A DNA stretch of 64,000 nucleotides from an uncultured archaeon (lineage in GTDB: Archaea > Asgardarchaeota > Thorarchaeia > Thorarchaeales > Thorarchaeaceae): assembly GCA_964458565.1 (NCBI GenBank), contig CAYWJO010000013.1, positions 14,541 through 78,540 on the forward strand. Reading direction: 5' to 3'. The position numbers and the translations under genes are program-made. Shown piece by piece: positions 49,801 to 57,798 of the stretch; position 1 is the stretch's first letter, and each line of letters opens with the position of its first letter. The notes under the pieces were generated by a model. That model worked only from the letters and a program-made list of their open reading frames with translations, was not told where the DNA came from and did not search any database.

Positions 49801-50689
49801 CAATCTCCTCGCCAACCGCTCCTGTGATGTCACCACAGATGATATCATTTATTCCGACTCCGTAGTCAAGAGCATAACCCCGAGTTCCATTAGCATAGTA
49901 TATGAAGAGGTCACCACCAATATTTCCAAATACAACTTCCTTATCGACTTGTTCAGGCAGAAACTCTCCAGCATCTAGAGCACGTATTGCATTACCGGTA
50001 TTGTAAGAGAAGATATGAATCCCATCATCATCAAGAAGACTGAAGCGGCCTCCTTCTGAACCCACCAAGACCTCTGCTCTGCTATCACCATCAATATCTT
50101 CTGCATGAACTGCTCTTACCATTCCATTCGAAGTGAAGTTCCATTGTTGAAAGCCTCCGACTGAGTAGACATAGGCACGAGCATCATTACATCCAAAGAT
50201 GAGTTCCTCGATTGTATCAGCATCGATGTCACCCGATGTCACAACCCTGACATCATCTGAGAATGTTATGTTCAGGAGCACATTTTGATCTGCATCGATA
50301 GTAAGGATACCATCCTCAGTCCCAATGAGTATCTCGCTAATTGCATCTCCATCACCCTTGAAGGCATCCATATCAAATGGGACCGCTCCAATCTCCATTT
50401 GCCAGAGTTTTGTTCCGTTGTTATCGAACATAAACAGGGTACCATTCACAGTGATGATGGCTACTTCATCGTATGCATCATCTGTATCAAAATTATCTGA
50501 AACTATATCGACTACCTCGTCTCCTGTATTGTTTGTCCAAACCAGAGCCGTATTGAAAGGAGCAATATCTGCTAATACTGCATTCGAACTCTGGATGTTT
50601 GAATTTACTCTCATGTCTCCTGTGTTTCCCTGAAGTCCCACAAGGACGAACATCATGACAAAGACGAATAGTAGGTTTCTTATCTTCAC
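43883..50689 (-). CDS. Giant type-I membrane surface protein: FG-GAP-like beta-propeller, bacterial TSP3-type Ca-binding repeats, TM, cytoplasmic beta-sandwich
   Basis: Signal peptide; DIDGDSRAEVLVG-type blades; about 1,700 aa of D[TS]DxDGLxDxxE...T[DN]P repeats; WIFPAAGFAILAFLGAIVY plus KRIRVR; ~115-aa tail. Start overlaps the upstream stop (GTGA). Confidence 0.88.
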   Translation of the reverse strand: MKIRNLLFVFVMMFVLVGLQGNTGDMRVNSNIQSSNAVLADIAPFNTALVWTNNTGDEVVDIVSDNFDTDDAYDEVAIITVNGTLFMFDNNGTKLWQMEIGAVPFDMDAFKGDGDAISEILIGTEDGILTIDADQNVLLNITFSDDVRVVTSGDIDADTIEELIFGCNDARAYVYSVGGFQQWNFTSNGMVRAVHAEDIDGDSRAEVLVGSEGGRFSLLDDDGIHIFSYNTGNAIRALDAGEFLPEQVDKEVVFGNIGGDLFIYYANGTRGYALDYGVGINDIICGDITGAVGEEIAVGTQAGSLHLINATGHSLWNKTLGSQVYTVLFQDIGGTTTPDILVGIQGSFSLYDAAGAFVSTTNLAQFSGTLTVGDLDNNGKYEFIAGSDAGGIVAYGQDFDKDGLADAREILLEGTLYNDFDTDRDRLSDGEEILTYGTDPLDKDSDDDKLSDFAEVKTYGTDPNDVDSDNDDLTDWQEVFLGTDPNNEDTDQDVLTDYEENNITLTDPLVADSDDNGIDDGQDDNDGDGLTNLQEVRITETDPNDVDTNNNGVTDYYDDEDGDNLANWKEISVGSDVHDPDSDDDLLLDGAEVKIYKTSPTDSDTDNDQLSDYEEVMIVGSNPRLADSDEDTLSDYDEYVIYGTNVNLKDTDSDGLNDADEINVYYTNATYNDSDFDGLLDGPEVKVWKTDPNSNDTDLDNLSDYDEIMTIGTNATLSDTDKDGVSDGLEVLQYHTNPNLKDTDGDGIFDKDEINRLPLFDPTDAYTFDPTNTTNDYIWDYDSDNLTNGEEIYLTRTNPAEADSDLDGTNDDIEDSDLDGIINYDEIHVTLTLPRDPDSDDDGVKDGDEWLVLGTSPNDDDTDDDSISDYDEDFDNDDLSNGIELYITETDPLNAFSHGITEPDDYNYDSDGDKLPNWFEIFESETDPLYNDTNDNGDFDWEEDPDADDLNNQGEFLAGTDPQVADTDADGLTDGEEINEVGTDALDADSDDDGILDADDDRDNDGLSNVDEIRTYHTDPTNRDTDGDMIRDGLEIQMGLNATNVDTDEDGLYDGWHDTTVNGIYDPSEYGEDIDADGIIDIGETDPNNDDTDSDELLDGLEVLVWGTDPLDPDTDGDGLMDGPEVNDHGSNPLLKDTDSDGLDDYTEVEITETDPTTNMTYSPFLDYDYDSDGDGLSNGEEIDIYDTSPGDMDSDDDNLSDGFEVAGWQVQYLGPTGLQTVWVTTMPNKTDTDGDTLTDFEEWEERTDPTRMDTDLDLLHDNYEIDLLGYNASRYSTYLNGTSDYDLDFDGDNLSDGLEIYGWLTNVTWWDSDGDELGDGLEVNVCGSSPLDQDTDDDGVNDYDEYWIWHSDPTGTDSDSDGLDDYYEVYVSLTSPTDWDTDGDLLEDGQEVNDYGTDPTKADTDSDFINDGRELDLGTDPLNNDTDGDGLSDYEEWRIYDTDPLDSDSDDDGLNDKEEIEEGTDPENPDSDFDNLNDYDEIYIYNTSPIDEDTDDDFLADNDELWNSHTDPNLYDTDGDSIPDWLDDEDGDGLSNFNETYRYETNCTLIDTDGDWLSDYYEVHISDTDPTLWDTDEDTISDWDELFYFFSNPNERDTDGDLLEDGEEAYTFHTFLNSTDTDNDDVSDYDEIKVFETNALNNDTDYDGLSDGDELNFYNTDPLEEDSDGDLLLDGQEIALNTLPLKKDSDGDDLTDFQEVNQTHTNPRLYSTQGNGVSDADWDQDNDFLSNYQEIVLTKTNATLADSDGDGVIDGLDDEDRDLLTNYEECVLTETDPRDKDSDDDGVSDLNDDEDGDELTNDEEVHVYGTNPLEEDTDSDDVNDYDEIMEYGTDPLAEDTDLDGLNDGREINDLGSNATNVDTDADQLTDWEEVELTGTNPTRQRTFSAPNGTLILDSLWDSDSDGLGNLEELRTYGTSPDDKDSDNDDLLDGQEIEWGSNPLNPDSDMDGILDGTEVDTYHTSPITDDTDSDNLGDYDEIFLYFSNASSNDSDSDGVLDYDEVMVYGTDINNSDTDGDGLSDLEEIDGTTSPILEDTDDDLLDDYFELFVLGTDANNNDTDSDGIIDGREYLTYGTLANSSDTDLDGLDDYTEIFIVGSNPLIADTDGDFLIDGMDFQPTVHWIFPAAGFAILAFLGAIVYKRIRVRMATREYVTGAEPASPGLESGMDIAVEYKIREGKVIFGVVIRNGSVNAMQNVQVTLGVPDLTDTIKSENIGLVDAGGLSVVEIMFELQPGAEGELVGMLEYDNIEGEHKIVNLKPVRIVA
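44336..49498 (-). repeat. Degenerate coding repeat array (DxDxDGLxDxxE...TDP, ~22-24 aa period)
   Basis: Visible in the translation; the DNA copies are diverged. Confidence 0.9.
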
Positions 50690-51672
50690 TTTCGTTTTCC
50701 TCCTTCAATTGGTGACATATCCTTCCACGGCTTAACTTGGAAGAAATCAAAGAAGTCCGCTTCAACGAGGCTAACTTCCTCAAATGGTATCTTTCCCTGA
50801 TTCAATTCCTGAATGACAGGTAGTAGTTTTGTATCTGGCTCATGCAAAAACAGCTTCATCGTATTTCGTCCTGCTTTCGCCATGTATCGCACTCCCGGTA
50901 TCTCTCGCACTCGTTCAACAATTGCTGCAGAGAGATTAGGAAGAATCACCTGAATCGCTTCCCCCTTACCAGGCAAAGTCGATATTAGATCTTCAGGTGT
51001 GCCAAATTGGCTCACGAGTCCTTCCTCCAAAAGACAGACTCTAGTACAATAATCAACAATCTCTAAATCATGGCTAATGATGACCATGGTCGTTCCTAAC
51101 TCATAGTTCAGTTCTTTGAGGTAGTTCAATGTTTCATGTCTTAGATGTGCATCCAGACCGGTTGTTGGCTCATCAAGCAGTAGTACTGGAGGATCATGAA
51201 TCATACCAAGACATATTGAAACCCTCTTCCGTTCTCCACCGGATAGTCTACTGACCGTCTTCGTCATCAGATCTTCATCAAAACCAAGAATTGTAAGAAC
51301 GTTTCTGGCACGTTCTTCAATCTCTTTCTTTCTCATACCAAAACAACGACCAAAAAATTCGGCATTTTGGAGTGCAGAGAAATCATAATACAAACTAAGA
51401 TGCTCAAGTTGTGGTACATATCCAACTAGAAGACTTATGAGATCGCCTCTCTTCGTGACATCGTATCCTCCAACAAATGCTTGCCCATCCGTAGGACGTA
51501 TTTGTCCTGTTAGGACTCTCAAAACTGTTGTCTTACCTGCTCCAGAGGCTCCAATGATTCCAAGAAATTCCCTCTTATTCGCAAAGAATGACACTCCTTT
51601 CAATGCATAGAAATCACCGAATGCCAGCTGTAAGTCAATGATATCGATTTCACGTTCAAGTCGTTTTCCCAT
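50686..51672 (-). CDS. ABC transporter ATP-binding protein
   Basis: GASGAGKT, LSGGERKR, LLLDEPT and ISHD motifs; ATG 51672 follows GGAGGTG. Confidence 0.92.
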   Translation of the reverse strand: MGKRLEREIDIIDLQLAFGDFYALKGVSFFANKREFLGIIGASGAGKTTVLRVLTGQIRPTDGQAFVGGYDVTKRGDLISLLVGYVPQLEHLSLYYDFSALQNAEFFGRCFGMRKKEIEERARNVLTILGFDEDLMTKTVSRLSGGERKRVSICLGMIHDPPVLLLDEPTTGLDAHLRHETLNYLKELNYELGTTMVIISHDLEIVDYCTRVCLLEEGLVSQFGTPEDLISTLPGKGEAIQVILPNLSAAIVERVREIPGVRYMAKAGRNTMKLFLHEPDTKLLPVIQELNQGKIPFEEVSLVEADFFDFFQVKPWKDMSPIEGGKRK

Positions 51673-51673
51673 C

Positions 51674-54600
51674 TCAGACACCTCCAACCTTGGTACTTAC
51701 GCCCTGAAACTCTTTCTTAGCCGCATCAACTCTGTCCATTAATACGCGCAGTGCTTCTACCTTTTGTATACGATCGAGATCCTCCCTCTGGATAACTTCC
51801 TCCATTTGAGTGAAGACTGCAAGTAATGTATTGAGACTATTATCAATCTGGTTGATCAGCTCAAGATCAACTTCAGGAATGCGCATTCTCATGCGTCTTC
51901 TTCTTCGATTATAAAACAGTCCCAGAAGAACTCCTGAAAATATTCCTATACTTGAGAATAATGCCACTTGAAACATTGTAAAAAGTGGATTAACTGGATT
52001 TGGTTGTGTGGGACCATCTTGTCCTACTAAGTAGAATGATGTACTAACATATGTATTAGCATACTCTTTAGTGAATATGATAAATATCCCATTGACTCTT
52101 CCTGACGATTTATAGTATGCCGGTGTAAACTGCGAGGAGTATAGCCCATTTTCAACGAAACCTGCAATGAAGAATGCTTGACTACCATTTGGTAGTTCAA
52201 AGATAATAAAGACGGTCAAATCGTCGACAGGATTGCCGTAGTAGTCATAGATTTCGAGATTGATATACACACTTCTTCCGACAGGATAAACAACTGTATC
52301 TTCGGCAAGGGATGCAACACCTGTCAGAGTATGACTCAATAGATATTTATTTAGATTATCGAAGAGAATCGAATTGTTACATTTTATCAGATTCTTGTTC
52401 ATGAATATCTTTGAAGAGCCAAATAGAACCAATTCAGGTTTCGAATCATCCAACAATACAACTGGATTGCCATGCAATGTAACAGCTGCTAGTGAATGAT
52501 TATTGACAATATACGTTCCGCCTCCAAGCCAAACATATTCCACATCTTGTGAGAGTAATTTACCTTGTACGATCTCTGATGTGTTTTCCACTTCGTGTTT
52601 TCCTTGCATCGCATAGCCATATTCTGCCAGGAGCGGATTCAAACCGGTGAGGTTAGCTCTATCCTCGTAGTCCCCAAAGATTACTAACCGACCACCACTA
52701 TCAGTATAATTTGTTAAAACATCAATATCTGTTCTGTTAAATTCCTTGGTTGGGCTGATAATGAAGACCATTGAGAACTGATTAAGCAGAACTTCATCCA
52801 ACACCATCCCCGGTGTTTCAACCAAATCTAGTCCCTCCTCTGCCATAATCCTCTTCATTTCCGAGAGTCCTGATAGTGTTGTCATTCGAAACGATTCAAA
52901 GATACTTCCGATATCTCCTAGGTCTCCTATACCTCCTATGTCTAGCGATGTTGCATCATCCTGTGCTGGCAGAAAACCTCCGGTTGAATTTCCCAAATCC
53001 CCACCCAAGTCCAATCCACCTCCAAGATCTCCCCCTAAATCCCCAAGCCCCCCAAGACCGCCTCCGTGTGACGTATCAAGCAACATCATTGCTCGTGGAT
53101 ATTTTACCGTCTTCTCCAATGTTATATTCGATGACCATCCCCTTTCAGTATGAATGACATAATCACATCTATGATATCCATCCATTGTTATCGGTGGGAC
53201 AAGTACAAACAACGAGAAGTTATAGTAGCCTTCGACGTTATCGGATTTTGTTAGGGTCATATTCCCCCAATCCGTCGCATTACCATGTTTTGATATTGTT
53301 AGGTTTCCTAAAGGAACAGTTGTGGTTAGTGAAAATGTGAACATACCATAGTCTGCTGGGAAACTCATAAAGAATGGAGCAGCAGGCAATTTCTTTGGAA
53401 AGACCGAGGTCGATTCCAAGGGAGTTATTACAAAGACATCTCTCATGAGAAAATCATCTAGTATTTGATAGATTGTGGTAGTAATATCGCTAGTCAATTG
53501 CAACAGCAGTCCTAGGATATCTAGTAATGCATAGGTTCCCACCCAAATTGCTGTATGAATTTCCTCTTCCTCTGGACGCCATTCAGCGGTTAATTTTACT
53601 GCTTCAAATGGTGCGAGCTCATCAACTTGAAAGAGGTTAAGAAACATCTTATCTTGATCATCAAGACTCTTAATTACTAGGAGACCTGCTGTTACATTTG
53701 AAGGTTCTTCACCTATGTTCATGACGATGGCTTGCGATTGATATGTTTCACCTCGTAGCGCGTTTCTTGGTATATCTGCTTCAACGACGATTATATCACC
53801 TTGGGATACATAATTTGCACCTGGCTCTAGAATCCACATTGCTTCTATTGATTCGTCCAATACGGTCCGATTCTCTCCAAAACCCATCGCTATGGTTACG
53901 TTAACTACTTCATTCGGCTCAACAAGTCCAAAATTCCATTTCATAGCAAGCCCAACATCGCCGTCGAAGGTCGTTGAGCCTGTGAGATTGTCATCTGAAA
54001 CATGATTAGATATAGTCGATGCATTCCCAACTTCAAAGTCATCCATTGGTTTACTAGAATTTAAACCAATGTAGAACCTGTCATAGTTCTCTGCTTGTCC
54101 ATAAGCGAATAATTGCTCGTTATCTAAAGCATATTTACCATGGTCATCGATATCGTCCAAAAACAAATCCAACGAGTAGGATAGAAAGAGGCTGACATTA
54201 GCCACTATTTCATCTCCCAGATTCAAAATATATGGTGTTATTCTGAAGGCTGTTAATGGTTGAACTGAGTACTCAGTTAGATTATACGATTCGACACATA
54301 GAGTGACAAAGATTTCATCCTCGTATGAGATGATTCCTATATACCTGTTGTAGTAATCTGGAGAAGCCCCAGAGGAAACTTGATGTAATTCCCTCTTTAC
54401 ATCAAACATCAATAGACTGGTTGGGTCCATATTGTTCCATCTAAGCGAAAGTGTGCCCATTAGAAAGTGTACCCCCATCTCACTACCGGGACGAGAGTCA
54501 ATTGCCAATAATGATGTACCATAGCTACTCATCATCAATGTTGTACTAGCATCTGCTCCGCTCGCACTAAGAAATCCAAATGAAAGAAGAGGGAGTCCTG

Positions 54601-56095
54601 GTGTGCGCGTGTGTGGATCAATAGGTGCTTGTTTTGTGCTAAGATAATTAAATGCTCGACTCAGGCTCAAAAGGCCTGCACCTGCATCATTAACACCAAA
54701 AGGAAGTGGAATCGCATTGTCCCTCAGTGTATTAGAGAGTACGATTGGTGTAGCTCTATCAAATGCTTGCATCAATATAGCTGCTGCTCCAGCTGCAATT
54801 GCAGCAGATGCAGCAGTTGAGTCCGCTACAGTATAATTTTCGTTGATATCTTCCCCGAATGCTCCACCACCGGTCAGTCCTCCAAGACCTCCAAGATCCA
54901 TTCCACCAAGGTCTCCAATACCCATATCCCCTGTGAGACTACCAAGATCGAATCCTCCTGTAACTCCACCTCCTAGAAGACTTCCTAAATCAAGGCCTCC
55001 AATATTGAGAGAGCCTCCAGGTCCACCGGTCTTTGCACCAATAATCCCAACCCCTGGTGCTACGACATCAGGTTTTGCCAACATCTCAAAGGTCGGCCCT
55101 CTTCCAGAGAAAGCTGGGATTTCCGCATTTTCTATATCATAAGCTCCAACGGTAAATGCTGCTTTCGATCCTCCCGGTGACATTATAGTCAAATAATCGG
55201 GACCATCATCACCTGATGCGGCCACAACAAAAATGCCCTTCTCAGAAACAGAATGAATAGCCATATCTACAGCATCTCCTGGTGCACCGAATGTGTTGAA
55301 AGGCATGAGTATAATATCAGCCCCATGACTTGCAGCCCATTCAATTCCTGATACAATCCAACTTGGTACTGCAAAACCCGCTAGGAGGACCTTCCCTGCC
55401 AGAATAGTTGCGCCAGGTGCGATACCCGCATATAGTCCACCTGACCTATTTCCAGACCCCGCTGCTATAGAGGCTGCATAAGTTCCATGCCCATCAGTAT
55501 CCAATGGAAGCGAGTCTCCCTCAACAAATGAGGCGAACGCATTAATTGTCAAATCAGGATTCAAGATGTCAACTCCTGTATCGAGGACTGCGATTACAAT
55601 CCCTGAACCATTGTAACCTTGATCCCAAAGATTTCTTGCACCCATTATATCAACGGGTGATACGTAGTTGAGAACCGAGTGGGAATCTTCTATAGGAGCT
55701 GAACTTGACGTTATTTCTCTTGGCGAATTAGACCATATTCTTTCAATGAATGAATTCTTAGCTATATCTCGAATCGCACTACTGATTGTCTTTACATGTA
55801 TCATGTTTAATTCGGAAAATGTGTTAACAAACTCTGCAGTGCTATCCGCCATCGCTATGGCATTTTTCGCCTTAAATTCACTTACATCTTTGTCATAACT
55901 GATCAATACATCTTGTTGTTCTTTCGGGTCTTGTATTGAGAGCAATTCATCATCGATTTTATCTTCAGGGGAGAAGTTGGCTTCACTATTATTTGGAACT
56001 GTAGGAATGAGTGTGAATGCATTTAGACCTATAATCAGTATTATGAGATACGATATAATCCTGAAACGTTTCAGATCTGCATACCCTATACTCAT
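51674..56095 (-). CDS. Membrane-anchored S8 subtilase-like protein with degenerate catalytic Ser motif, CARDB/Ig-like domains and a GIFT (GldG/IFT52/DUF4350-like) domain
   Basis: IAVLDTG, GHGTYAA and FS.RGP...KPDVVAPG motifs; DSTAASA in place of SGTSMAT; LLDTSH...SP...F...DI..L..Y...GG.L...G......LNPLL..YG; C-terminal TM plus RRRR. Confidence 0.85.
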   Translation of the reverse strand: MSIGYADLKRFRIISYLIILIIGLNAFTLIPTVPNNSEANFSPEDKIDDELLSIQDPKEQQDVLISYDKDVSEFKAKNAIAMADSTAEFVNTFSELNMIHVKTISSAIRDIAKNSFIERIWSNSPREITSSSAPIEDSHSVLNYVSPVDIMGARNLWDQGYNGSGIVIAVLDTGVDILNPDLTINAFASFVEGDSLPLDTDGHGTYAASIAAGSGNRSGGLYAGIAPGATILAGKVLLAGFAVPSWIVSGIEWAASHGADIILMPFNTFGAPGDAVDMAIHSVSEKGIFVVAASGDDGPDYLTIMSPGGSKAAFTVGAYDIENAEIPAFSGRGPTFEMLAKPDVVAPGVGIIGAKTGGPGGSLNIGGLDLGSLLGGGVTGGFDLGSLTGDMGIGDLGGMDLGGLGGLTGGGAFGEDINENYTVADSTAASAAIAAGAAAILMQAFDRATPIVLSNTLRDNAIPLPFGVNDAGAGLLSLSRAFNYLSTKQAPIDPHTRTPGLPLLSFGFLSASGADASTTLMMSSYGTSLLAIDSRPGSEMGVHFLMGTLSLRWNNMDPTSLLMFDVKRELHQVSSGASPDYYNRYIGIISYEDEIFVTLCVESYNLTEYSVQPLTAFRITPYILNLGDEIVANVSLFLSYSLDLFLDDIDDHGKYALDNEQLFAYGQAENYDRFYIGLNSSKPMDDFEVGNASTISNHVSDDNLTGSTTFDGDVGLAMKWNFGLVEPNEVVNVTIAMGFGENRTVLDESIEAMWILEPGANYVSQGDIIVVEADIPRNALRGETYQSQAIVMNIGEEPSNVTAGLLVIKSLDDQDKMFLNLFQVDELAPFEAVKLTAEWRPEEEEIHTAIWVGTYALLDILGLLLQLTSDITTTIYQILDDFLMRDVFVITPLESTSVFPKKLPAAPFFMSFPADYGMFTFSLTTTVPLGNLTISKHGNATDWGNMTLTKSDNVEGYYNFSLFVLVPPITMDGYHRCDYVIHTERGWSSNITLEKTVKYPRAMMLLDTSHGGGLGGLGDLGGDLGGGLDLGGDLGNSTGGFLPAQDDATSLDIGGIGDLGDIGSIFESFRMTTLSGLSEMKRIMAEEGLDLVETPGMVLDEVLLNQFSMVFIISPTKEFNRTDIDVLTNYTDSGGRLVIFGDYEDRANLTGLNPLLAEYGYAMQGKHEVENTSEIVQGKLLSQDVEYVWLGGGTYIVNNHSLAAVTLHGNPVVLLDDSKPELVLFGSSKIFMNKNLIKCNNSILFDNLNKYLLSHTLTGVASLAEDTVVYPVGRSVYINLEIYDYYGNPVDDLTVFIIFELPNGSQAFFIAGFVENGLYSSQFTPAYYKSSGRVNGIFIIFTKEYANTYVSTSFYLVGQDGPTQPNPVNPLFTMFQVALFSSIGIFSGVLLGLFYNRRRRRMRMRIPEVDLELINQIDNSLNTLLAVFTQMEEVIQREDLDRIQKVEALRVLMDRVDAAKKEFQGVSTKVGGV

Positions 56096-56102
56096 TCTAA
56101 CA

Positions 56103-57785
56103 TCACTTCTCAATTCTACCTGAAATCAAGCCTCTTGTGATAGCGATATAGTAGTCCACCATATCTGCAACAGCTTTGGTTTTAACAATCTTTACTGCAA
56201 TTTCCTTCTCTTTCAGGGCTTCAACACATCTCTGTGCTATTACTTCCAGAGGGTCTTCAGTGAAGACCTTCAAGAGTTCACCTCTCTGAAGCACGAATTG
56301 CACGCCCTCTACTTTTTCTAATATTTTTCTTGCTCGCGGGTCTACCTCCTCTAGAACAACACCGACGGAAAATCCCCTGGAGGGTAATGATTCCTTCAAA
56401 GATGCAGGGCTGCCAAACGCGACCAAGCTCTTACCTCTCATGAAGACTGCTACTTTATCACAGAATTCTGCCTCTACAGGATAATGTGTAATCACTATGA
56501 TGGATGTTCCATATTCTTGATTGATTGTATCAAGATAATTCCATAATTCATTTCGATTATCTGGATCAAGTCCCGATGTAGGTTCATCCATGAGCAAAAC
56601 CTTTGGCATATGTGCAAGGGCCACTGCAATTGATACCCTTCTTTGTTGTCCTCCACTCAGTTCCTTTGTCGGACTATTCCCCTTCTCAAGAATACCGAAA
56701 TCTCTCAGGAGCATCTTACCCCTCTGAACCAATTGCCATTCTGGTATGTTGTAGTTCTTACCAAATGCAATGATATTCTCCAGGGGTGTGAATGTTTCAT
56801 ATAGGTAACTTAGGTCTTGAGGGCAGTATCCAAAGAAATAGCGAACCTTGGTTGCCTGTCTTGAGTCAATTCCTGCAATTCTTGCTACACCGGTGCTTGG
56901 GATGTCTCCAATTAGTGCTTTTACGGTTGTTGATTTTCCTGCACCGCTCTCACCAATTATTGCTAGCATCTCTCCTTCATGCATTGAGAATGATACATTC
57001 TCAATGAGTTTCTTGCCACTCTTGATTGTCACAGTAAGATTTCTAGTTTCCAAGACATCCCGATATGTGGTATCTAGCTTCCAAGCTGAAGGCTGAATGT
57101 AGACCTTGTCCGCAATAATGGTTAGATTTGGATTTGAACGTGGTCCAACAAGAAGTTGAGGCTGCGCTACCATGAAAATCTTAGGGTCTCCAGATGGATC
57201 TTCTGTTTCAACTCGAACTTCGAGAAAACCCTCTGGTAATATTGGTGCAGGTAGAGTGGAAGATCCAATAAGACTACCACTAATCATGATTGGGAGTCTG
57301 TCAGAATATCGCTTTCCCCACACAGTGCAGATGATATCAAAGTCTTGCTTCATTTTCGTAACATCTTTCACAGCCTGCTGAAGATCACGACCATCATAGA
57401 ACAAGTCGTCGATCATATTTCGTTTGAGATAATTCATCATGGTTATTTGACTAGCAGCTATATCTTCCTGAGTAGATCCTTCACCACCAATTGTGAGAAC
57501 CATGTCCAATTCTTTCTTTCTTCGTTTCCTCTTGTCTTCTTCAACAATAACTGCAATTCTCCTTGTGATTACTCCCTTCTTTACTCGTAAGATTCGCCCC
57601 TTGAACCTAACTTCTTCTTTTGTCCTTGTGTCTATGCCTTGAATATCACAATGTAACTCTCTATCTTGACGTGCGATTGCCCAGTCAATTGCTTCGGAAA
57701 GTCGTGCACCTGAGAAATATGCCTCTTCAACAAAAGCTGGTTGCCCTTCAGTTGATGAAGTATCCGCCTTGATTTGTTGTACCAT
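56103..57785 (-). CDS. ABC ATP-binding protein with duplicated N-terminal TrmB-C-like domains
   Basis: GESGAGKS, LSGGQQRR, LMDEPT and ITH motifs; N-terminal TIGGEGSTQEDIAA; ATG 57785 follows GAGGT. Confidence 0.88.
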   Translation of the reverse strand: MVQQIKADTSSTEGQPAFVEEAYFSGARLSEAIDWAIARQDRELHCDIQGIDTRTKEEVRFKGRILRVKKGVITRRIAVIVEEDKRKRRKKELDMVLTIGGEGSTQEDIAASQITMMNYLKRNMIDDLFYDGRDLQQAVKDVTKMKQDFDIICTVWGKRYSDRLPIMISGSLIGSSTLPAPILPEGFLEVRVETEDPSGDPKIFMVAQPQLLVGPRSNPNLTIIADKVYIQPSAWKLDTTYRDVLETRNLTVTIKSGKKLIENVSFSMHEGEMLAIIGESGAGKSTTVKALIGDIPSTGVARIAGIDSRQATKVRYFFGYCPQDLSYLYETFTPLENIIAFGKNYNIPEWQLVQRGKMLLRDFGILEKGNSPTKELSGGQQRRVSIAVALAHMPKVLLMDEPTSGLDPDNRNELWNYLDTINQEYGTSIIVITHYPVEAEFCDKVAVFMRGKSLVAFGSPASLKESLPSRGFSVGVVLEEVDPRARKILEKVEGVQFVLQRGELLKVFTEDPLEVIAQRCVEALKEKEIAVKIVKTKAVADMVDYYIAITRGLISGRIEK

Positions 57786-57798
57786 GATAATTACCTCA

